This document shows, one piece after another, positions 56,475 through 64,000 of a stretch of DNA of 64,000 nt. Positions within the stretch are counted from its first letter, which is position 1. Each line of letters opens with the position of its first letter. A program made the translations under genes and the position numbers. The notes under the pieces are model-generated. The model had not been told where the DNA came from. It was given only the letters and a program-made list of their open reading frames with translations, and searched no databases. Source of the DNA: Zootoca vivipara. Its lineage: Eukaryota. The stretch lies in NCBI RefSeq assembly GCF_963506605.1, contig NC_083288.1, forward strand, positions 30,194,001 to 30,258,000, in the 5' to 3' direction.

Positions 56475-57170
56475 ATAGGTTGACTTCTTTTTAACAATGT
56501 ACTGTATTCAACTTTATTCAGTGTAGACTCACTGATGTTAATGAACACAACTAAGTTGGAAGCATGAATAAAATCTAGTTGAATACCAATCTCTAACTTC
56601 TACTTGGTACTTTTAAAATCCAAATGCCTTTTGCAAGTTTTCATCCCAGCAGCTGTATCACCTCTCTTAGTGTTAACCACTGAAATACTATCCAGAATAA
56701 TAGACACTGCTAAATTATTCTTCAGTTGCCATTTCCTGGTGTGGAACCAAAGGGTTGGGGCCTGTTTTCTAAGCCCATGCAGCTCAGTCACATGACCTGA
56801 CAAGCTGGCATAGGACACTATTTGAAAAGGTTGTTTTCCCCTCTTGCCAGCCTTTGGCAGAGCAGCAGTGACAACATCCCTGATGCCAAAAGGGGTTTGG
56901 CTCAGGTGTAACTTTATGCCAGCTTCATTACACTGACTTGCTTTATGCAGTATTAAATTAATTTATTTTAATATTTAAGATCTGAATACAAACTTTTAAA
57001 TTTATTTTAATAAGTTTATTATTATATGGTTGTAAACTTACCCTGGGATCTTATGGTGAAGGGTGGCTAATAAATCCACTAAATTCATAAGTGTAAACTG
57101 TACTCTGATTTCTCGTAAAATAAAAGAAACAGCCTTACAAGAATGAGCCTTACAAGCAAGATATAGGACA

Positions 57171-58108
57171 CTAGTGTAATTCAGCCCGTTAAGTAAACAG
57201 GCGCTAGAACCCCGGGACCTGTCCTTCCTGTCGGTGGCAGGGAGACAGGAACGAAGGAGGAGAAAGCAGCCATTTCTCCTCCTTCCTTCCTCTCCCCCAG
57301 CTGCCAACAGGAAGGAGACATCCCGGGGTTCGGAGAAGCGCTTGCGCAGCGCTTCTCCAAACCCCGGGACCTGTCCTTGCTGTCTGCGGCAGGGGGGCTG
57401 GAACGAAGGAGGAGAAAGGGCTGATTTCTCCTCCTTCATTCCTCTCCCCCAGCCGCCGACAGGAAGGAGACATCCCGGGATCTGTCCTTTCTGTCTGCGG
57501 TGAGGGGAGAGGATCCTTTCCCCCCCACCGCCGCCAGAAAGCACAGATACCGGGGTTGCCAGCTCTGTCGAGTTGGGGGAGGGAGAAGCGGAGGACCGAT
57601 CTGATGCTCCGATTCTCCATCACCTGACAGTGTGATTCGGCCTCTTTCTGCAGCAGCGGTGCGTGGGGGTGCGGCTGGCCCCTCCCACAGCTGCCGCTTT
57701 GTTGGGGCGCTCCGCTGAGCCCAGCAGGGCAGCGGGCACCCAGGAGAAGGCTGCAATTTGGCCTCTTTCTGCAGCAGCGGCGCGTGGGGGCGGCGGCTGG
57801 CCCTTCCCACGGCCACCGCTTCGTTGGGGTGCTCCGCTGAGGCCAGCAGGGCAGCGGGCGCCCAGGAGAAGGTCGTGATTCGGCCTCTTTATGCGGCGAC
57901 GGCTAAGGAAGCAGCCTCCTCCTCACGCAGTGAGGCGCTTGTCCAGCCGGGAGCGGCGGTTGGCAGAGGGGTGGGGGTGGGGAGAGCGCGCAAGAGAGAG
58001 TGCATTCCAAGTCTCTGCGTCCAATCCCTGTGTCCGTGGGGCAGTAGCGGAAACCCAGGGACACAGGGAATACTGGACGCAGAGACACTTGCACTTTATT
58101 ATATAGGA
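57171..58108 (-). mobile_element. Non-autonomous Helitron (938 bp)
   Basis: Minus strand starts A|TCCTATATAATAAA and ends CTAG|T. Subterminal hairpin gcccgtt/aacaggc 13 nt from the 3' end. GC-rich internal tandem repeats. Confidence 0.85.
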
Positions 58109-58119
58109 TAATATACAAA

Positions 58120-58925
58120 TGGGGAGTGAATTTGAAATTTACTGATTGTATATTACCAAAAGAGAACTATAGTATATGAAATGATGTACAGATGGTATAT
58201 TACACCTGAAAAAATAGCAAAAATGTACAAAACACATTCCAACAAATGTTGGAAGTGTAAAGAAAAAGAGGCACTTTTTCATCTGTGGTGGAGCTGCAAA
58301 CTGATTAAAAATATTGGGATAAGATTCATAATGAAATCAAGAAAATACTTACATTGACTTTTATTAAAATACCAGAAGCTTTTTTATTAGGCATTTCAGG
58401 TCAAGAACTGCCAACAGAAAAGAAGAAACTATTTACATATGTATGCTATGACTGCGGCTAGGATGCTACTAGCCCAAAGATGGAAAAGCGAAGAAATACC
58501 AGCTAAGGAATACTGGATACAAAAACTGGTGGAATATGCTGAAATGGTGAAACAGAAGGACTCAGAGACAAAGATAATAGAGAATTTGAAAAAAATTAGG
58601 AATCATTTATGCTGTATTTACAGAAACAATGTAAAGAAATAGACTCACTAGCAGGGTTTGAGTAAACACAATCAACAAAAATAAGTATAAAACCTATAAA
58701 GATGATGTTAAAGTGATAAAATATAACAATAATTTATACATACTGTAATTTATACAGAGAATTCATATGAAGGTATAAGAAAGAAAGCAGGGGAAGCCAA
58801 TATTGGGGGGAAACAGAAGAGGAAGTTGAGGGAAGTCAAGGTGAGGGGACCGAGGGAATGCTCTTTTTTTTTGATGATTGGATATGCTGAAATGATAAAG
58901 ATGTAAAATTTAATAATAATAAAGA
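58120..58925 (+). mobile_element. L1-type LINE 3' fragment
   Basis: [44 protein letters not shown]. Confidence 0.8.
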
Positions 58926-60035
58926 AGGAAAGCAACATCTGGTGGACCTCAGGTCCTTCTCAGAACCTTCTCTGTATGGCTACTCCTGGTAGTGTATCAT
59001 AAAATCCATGTGACACCATTGTGTTTGGAGTTTCTCCAAAACTGTATGCCCCTCTCCCATTCACAAGCTGTCACTAATACATGGAGATGGGATTGGGAGC
59101 CACTGAGCAAAATGACATCATAAGGCAGTACTGATTTAAGTACATACTACTGTGACACCATGGGAGAAAACAGTGAGCAGATGCCACACATTTAAAGGAA
59201 GATGTAGTCCTCTTTGATTCACAGTATCCCCGGGGAGCAATTATTGACAAACTGAGCAGCCCCAAGCCTAGTTTACTTCCAAGGTCACGAGCATTATTTA
59301 TTATTTCTGGATCAACTTATTTCTCCCTCTCCCAAGAGGCAGTGCTAATGATCATCCATGTGCTCTCTTTTTCTTCATGCCCATTATACCTTGCAGTCCC
59401 AGGGGAAATTGTCTTGGTTTTAAAAAAGAAAAACAGCAAAAGGATGGCTATACTAGATGTTCAATGGCAGAAGGGAAGAGATGAAGGTTCTCAGATAGTA
59501 CATAAAAGCCACCCCAGAGCAACTGGGGCCTAGGGCAGGAAGAACTTTGACTTCTCAAGGTGTGGAAATAATTTCACTGCCAAGAAAGAAGCACCCATTG
59601 GCAGTGGCTGGCAACACTAGCATCTCTTTTACATTCTGAAGCAGCATACATAGTCACAGGTAACAAATGAGGCTCTTACCAGAGTGTGTTCAACGATGGC
59701 TCTTCTCATGTTTTCTGGATTGTGAAAGCAGCTTCAGGGATTGTTCTGAGATACAAAATGTGATCCTGTTTAAGTTATCTCTTTCTATTTTCACTCTTCT
59801 ACAAATGCCACCTTTTGTTTTATTAATAAACATAGCTGTACTTCTTCTTTAACTAGTGGCCAATATAACAGATGTTTTAATAGTTGGAGACAGACTTCTT
59901 GTAGTGTGTAAGGTCCTTTGCAGGCAAAGGAAATAAAGGTGTACTCCAGAGATGGGAAACCTGTGGCCCTCTGGAGGCTGCTGGACCACAACTTCCATCA
60001 CCCTCATCAGGGCAGCGTGGGTTACATCCTGAGCC

Positions 60036-60255
60036 CAGTGCCAGATTAAACCCTGTGGAGGTCCCTAGGCAGTTGAAATCTCAGGGCCCCCATCACAAAT
60101 TATCTCCTAATATGTTTTTGACTTTATCAACCAACAATTTTAATAAGCCAATTTCAGGATCAAATCAATATTATTTTGATCTGTTGTCATTGAGCCCCTA
60201 ATAGGCATGGGGCCCATAGGCCAGCTCCTACTCTGCCTGTTTGGTTCCAGCACTG
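60036..60255. mobile_element. hAT-like MITE
   Basis: cagtgc..gcactg termini, 8-bp near-TSD cctgagcc/cctgcacc. Confidence 0.55.
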
Positions 60256-61252
60256 CCTGCACCATGAAAAGGAAGCGGGGAGGCAAGCTAACTAACCCTT
60301 CCTTCTTCTTAACTTCAGTGTTGTCACCAAGTATACATACCCACCTGTCAGGGACAGGGCAGAGGAGAAATGTTGGAGACGGCCTCCCCTTCCTGACCCT
60401 TCCAGGGAGGAGGAAGAGGAAGACAGTATAGATTTACCACAGTGGTTTGCGGGAGGTCACAGCTCAGAGGCAGATGAGGGGGAAAGTTGGGAAATAATGG
60501 AAGAGGAGGAGGAGGAGGAGGCAGAAGCGGAACGGCAGCTGGCTGGCATGGTGTCATTAGAAAGCATCCCAAACCCTCCATCTCCCAGAACCCGGTGAGC
60601 CTTGAAAGTAAGAGAGCAAAGAGCTCAAAGACAGAGGGCATGTAGCAACACCCACAGAAGTGACGAATGGTGAAGTGGGAGAGACGGGGTGGTGGTGGAG
60701 ATTCACTCAGGACAATGCCATAATCCAAGAGGCTGGGTTCTATAGCCTCTCTCTGGAAATATTGAACTAAAAAAGGATGGTAAGAAACCTTTCCTTGTCT
60801 TTATACTTTATACTTTTATACTTTATACTTTCCTGGGCAACCAGCTGGGAGCCGCTGACAGCATCCGGACACCACACCACCCATTAACATTGGAGGGAGG
60901 GAGGTAGTATTGTGCTCTAAGTAAAAGATATGGAGTTCATACTAGAATAACTTATAGGTCCCATATCCAGTCCTGCCCCCCCCCCTAACCCTCATGAGCA
61001 GCATATTCATGTAATTGTGGAAGTAGCCTGTATTTGAGTTCCTGGAGAGGGATATAGGGCATCTATGTCAGAAATATGGAATGCTTTTTTGTTCTTGGTA
61101 ATAGCCTGTTGTGCATTTGTAGAAGTGAGTAGAAACCATGCAGAACTTGTTCTGAACATTTTAGCTGCATACCAACCCATGACTAGGAATGAAACCTGCC
61201 TCTTCAATTGCCCTTCTAGTATCCTAGCCAAGAAAGGGGAGTTGTTCAAATA

Positions 61253-61669
61253 CAGTGGTACCTCGGTTTATGAACACAATTGGTTCCGGAAGTCTGTTCA
61301 TAAACTGAAGCGTTCATAAACTGAAGCGAACTTTCCCATTGAAAGTAATGGAAAGTGGATTAATCCGTTCCAGACGGTCCGCGGAGAAACCGTTCATAAA
61401 CTGAAGCGAACTTTTCCATTGAAAGTAATGGAAAGTGGATTAATCCGTTCCAGACGGGTCCGCGAAGTACTTAAACTGAAGCGTTCATAAACTGAAACAT
61501 GGGTGTAATTGGTTCCGGAAGTCTGTTCATAAACTGAAGCGCTCATAAACTGAAGCGAACTTTCCCATTAAAAGTAATGGAAAGTGAATTAATCCGTTCC
61601 AGATGGGTCCGCGGCGTTCATAAACCGAAAATTCATAAACCGAGGTGTTCATAAACCGAGGTTCCACTG
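61253..61669. mobile_element. Tigger-like MITE with internal ~80-bp repeats
   Basis: TIRs cagtgg.acctcggtttatgaacac, TA TSD, three copies of gttcataaactgaagcgaactt..ttaatccgttccaga. Confidence 0.9.
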
Positions 61670-62427
61670 TATGGCTTTCTGGCACTTAATATTTTCTTAA
61701 TAACCTTGGCATCATGAATTGTTTATTATTATTATTTTACATTTTAAATGTTTCCTTGTATTTCTAGTTTAAAGATTTGTAAATATTTTAGGTTTGCTTT
61801 ATAATATGCATAGATTTTAAAGTAATTTTACAGAATTATCCTGTAATCATCTTTCCTGATTTATTTAGCATTAATACTTTTTATCCTATGGGGGAAACTG
61901 CATTTTAATGCTCTCATCAGTACATTGCCATTTCCTGGGGTGACGTCCAACATTAGGCATACCCAGAATAGATCCATTAAGATTAAGGGACTGAAGCTAC
62001 TTAATGCCATTGATTTCAAGTAGTCTACTCTGCGTTAATACAGCAGCTTATTTGATTTTCACATTGCTTCACTAACTATTAACTACCACATTGTATTGGA
62101 CATTTCAAACAACATAACAGCCACTTCTGGAAATATGGTGGAATATATTGCAGATTTAACACATATTTCCATGTTATTAGCAAAGAGGGTTTTTTTTCTG
62201 GAAGCAAATGACACCAGAATAGTATACAAATATAGTGAAATAGTTCTAAGCACATGGTCTGAGTTTTTAGAGAGCAAGTTCAATCACTTCCTATCTTGGT
62301 GAATTCATATGGTGAAAGCGAGTGAAGAAGGAAGCTTCACTTCACCAGAGGTGAGGGGGGGGGGACCTAACTTAGTCTAAGAATACAATTCTATGGTCTT
62401 AGCCCTAAGCTAGCTACTGTAGTTATA

Positions 62428-62714
62428 AAGATAAAGGGACCCCCTGACCATTAGGTCCAGTCGTGACCGACTCTGGGGTTGCGGCGTTCATCTCGTGTTA
62501 TTGGCCGAGGGAGCCGGCGTACAGCTTCCAGGTCATGTGGCCAGCATGACAAAGCCACTTCTGGCGAACCAGAGCAGCACACGGAAATGCCGTTTACCTT
62601 CCCGCTGAAGCGGTACCTATTTATCTACTTGCACTTTTATGTGCTTTCAAACTGCTAGGTTGGAAGGAGCTGGGACCGAGCAACAGGAGCTCACCCCGTC
62701 GCAGGGATTCAAAC
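62428..62714 (-). mobile_element. Sauria SINE (Podarcis-type), 5'-truncated
   Basis: gggacccc.tgaccattaggtccagtcg tail, 8-bp TSD tagttata (62420-62427 and 62715-62722). Confidence 0.9.
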
Positions 62715-62935
62715 TAGTTATATTTGACTGCAATTACCTAGGGGATGCCTTCTGCCCTGGCCTAGACATACTGCCTGCATGTGAAATTACAATGACAACT
62801 GTAGGTGAATAGTAAAAGTTTATTTGCAAACACTAACTGACTCACTGCTTCTTATTTATAGAACTACCAGTATTAACAGATCCAACTGCTGTGACCTCAC
62901 CTCCCACTTAGGAAAGCTCACTATCCTGACCGAAG

Positions 62936-63883
62936 ATGGACTCCCTCAAATCTATGGGAAGACAGAACACAACAAGTGTCACAGAGTTTATCCTCATGGG
63001 ATTCTCTATTGATGCAGAGAATCAGCTGCTTCTCTTTGCCTTAGGACTTTCGGCCTATCTGTTGACTTTGTCGGGGAATCTGGCCATCATTGTATTAATT
63101 CGGGTGGACCAAAGCCTCCACACACCCATGTACTTCCTCCTGGGAAACCTCTCTTTTGTTGAGATCTGCTACACTTCCACCACAGTCCCCAAGATGCTGT
63201 GGGATCTCTTGTTGGGAGACAAGAAAATCTCCTTTGTAGGATGTGCACTGCAGATGTATTTCTTTGTCACGTTGGGGGGCACAGAGTGTGTGCTTCTCTC
63301 AGCCATGGCATATGACCGCTATGCAGCTATCTGCCACCCATTGCGCTACACTCTGCTCATGAGCCCACCAATACGTAGGAGTCTGCTGGCAGTTTCATGG
63401 GCTGTTGGCAACTTCAATTCCATGGTCAACACAGCGATGGTCTTTTCCCTAAATTTCTGCCACTCCCATGAGATTGACCACTTCTTCTGTGACATACCTC
63501 CCCTTCTGCACATCTCTTGTTCTGACACATTTGTCAGCCAGCTCATAACCTTCACCATCTCTGGGTGCGTTATCATTGTGCCATTCTGCCTGACCCTTCT
63601 CTCCTATGCCTTGATTGTCTCCTCGGTGCTCAAAATCCGCACAGCTCATGGTAGAATCAAGGCATTCTCCACCTGTGCTTCCCACCTCACTGTGGTGAGC
63701 ATCTTCTTTGGTACTATCATTTACACCTACATACGGCCCTCCTCCACACATTCTATGGAACAGGACCGCCTAGTTTCTGTACTGTATGCCATCATCACTC
63801 CCATGCTCAACCCCTTGATCTATAGCTTCAGGAACAAGGAAGTGCAGGGAGCACTTCAGAGAGCACTTGGGAAGAACAGATAA
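62936..63883 (+). CDS. Olfactory receptor, class II (gamma), intact single-exon CDS, 315 aa
   Basis: Motifs LHTPMYFLLGNLS, MAYDRYAAICHPLRY, HFFCDIPP, KAFSTCASHL, PMLNPLIYSFRN. NTT glycosylation site. Confidence 0.95.
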   Translation: MDSLKSMGRQNTTSVTEFILMGFSIDAENQLLLFALGLSAYLLTLSGNLAIIVLIRVDQSLHTPMYFLLGNLSFVEICYTSTTVPKMLWDLLLGDKKISFVGCALQMYFFVTLGGTECVLLSAMAYDRYAAICHPLRYTLLMSPPIRRSLLAVSWAVGNFNSMVNTAMVFSLNFCHSHEIDHFFCDIPPLLHISCSDTFVSQLITFTISGCVIIVPFCLTLLSYALIVSSVLKIRTAHGRIKAFSTCASHLTVVSIFFGTIIYTYIRPSSTHSMEQDRLVSVLYAIITPMLNPLIYSFRNKEVQGALQRALGKNR

Positions 63884-64000
63884 GAGATATGGGACCAGTA
63901 AATTGAAAAGTTAAGATCCACCACAAAATTCATCAGATTAGTTTAAAAGACATTGGGTGATATCCTAAATCAGGGGTAGCCAACATGGTGCTCTCCAGAT

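Noticed and set aside
57161-57168. atatagga repeated at both Helitron ends, resembling a TSD
   Set aside because: The right copy is inside the element's 5' terminus and Helitrons make no TSD. Treated as chance or target similarity.
54629-63883. Assigning mammalian gene symbols to the ORs and V2Rs
   Set aside because: Lineage-specific expansions. Orthology cannot be determined without a phylogeny.

Overview
Eukaryotic (vertebrate) genomic DNA, almost certainly a squamate reptile and probably a lacertid lizard (inferred from Podarcis-type Sauria SINEs, BovB LINEs and the MITE repertoire). The window is the edge of a vomeronasal type-2 receptor (V2R, class C GPCR) cluster abutting an olfactory receptor (OR) cluster. 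It holds one truncated V2R (A, minus), three complete six-exon V2Rs in tandem on the minus strand (B, C, D), one complete V2R on the plus strand head-to-head with D (E), a heavily deleted V2R relic between D and E, and two intact single-exon class II ORs. All four complete V2Rs splice by hand into open 872-876 aa frames. B needs a GC-AG intron to do so, and C needs an acceptor that has slid 6 nt after loss of the ancestral AG. Introns and spacers are full of TEs: L1, L2, CR1, RTE-X, BovB, Sauria SINE, Tc1/mariner and hAT MITEs, a solo LTR, Ngaro/DIRS-like elements, a Helitron and a Penelope-like insertion. The most interesting observations are a degenerate hammerhead-ribozyme motif in sense orientation in V2R-B intron 1, exon-by-exon patchwork gene conversion among the paralogs, a conserved V2R promoter module bounded by a shared ancestral MITE, and a periodic array of seven covarying hairpins in a DIRS/Ngaro-like element. 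No rRNA, tRNA or CRISPR array is supported. TE family names come from motif recognition, not database searches. There is an assembly gap at 34241-34373.
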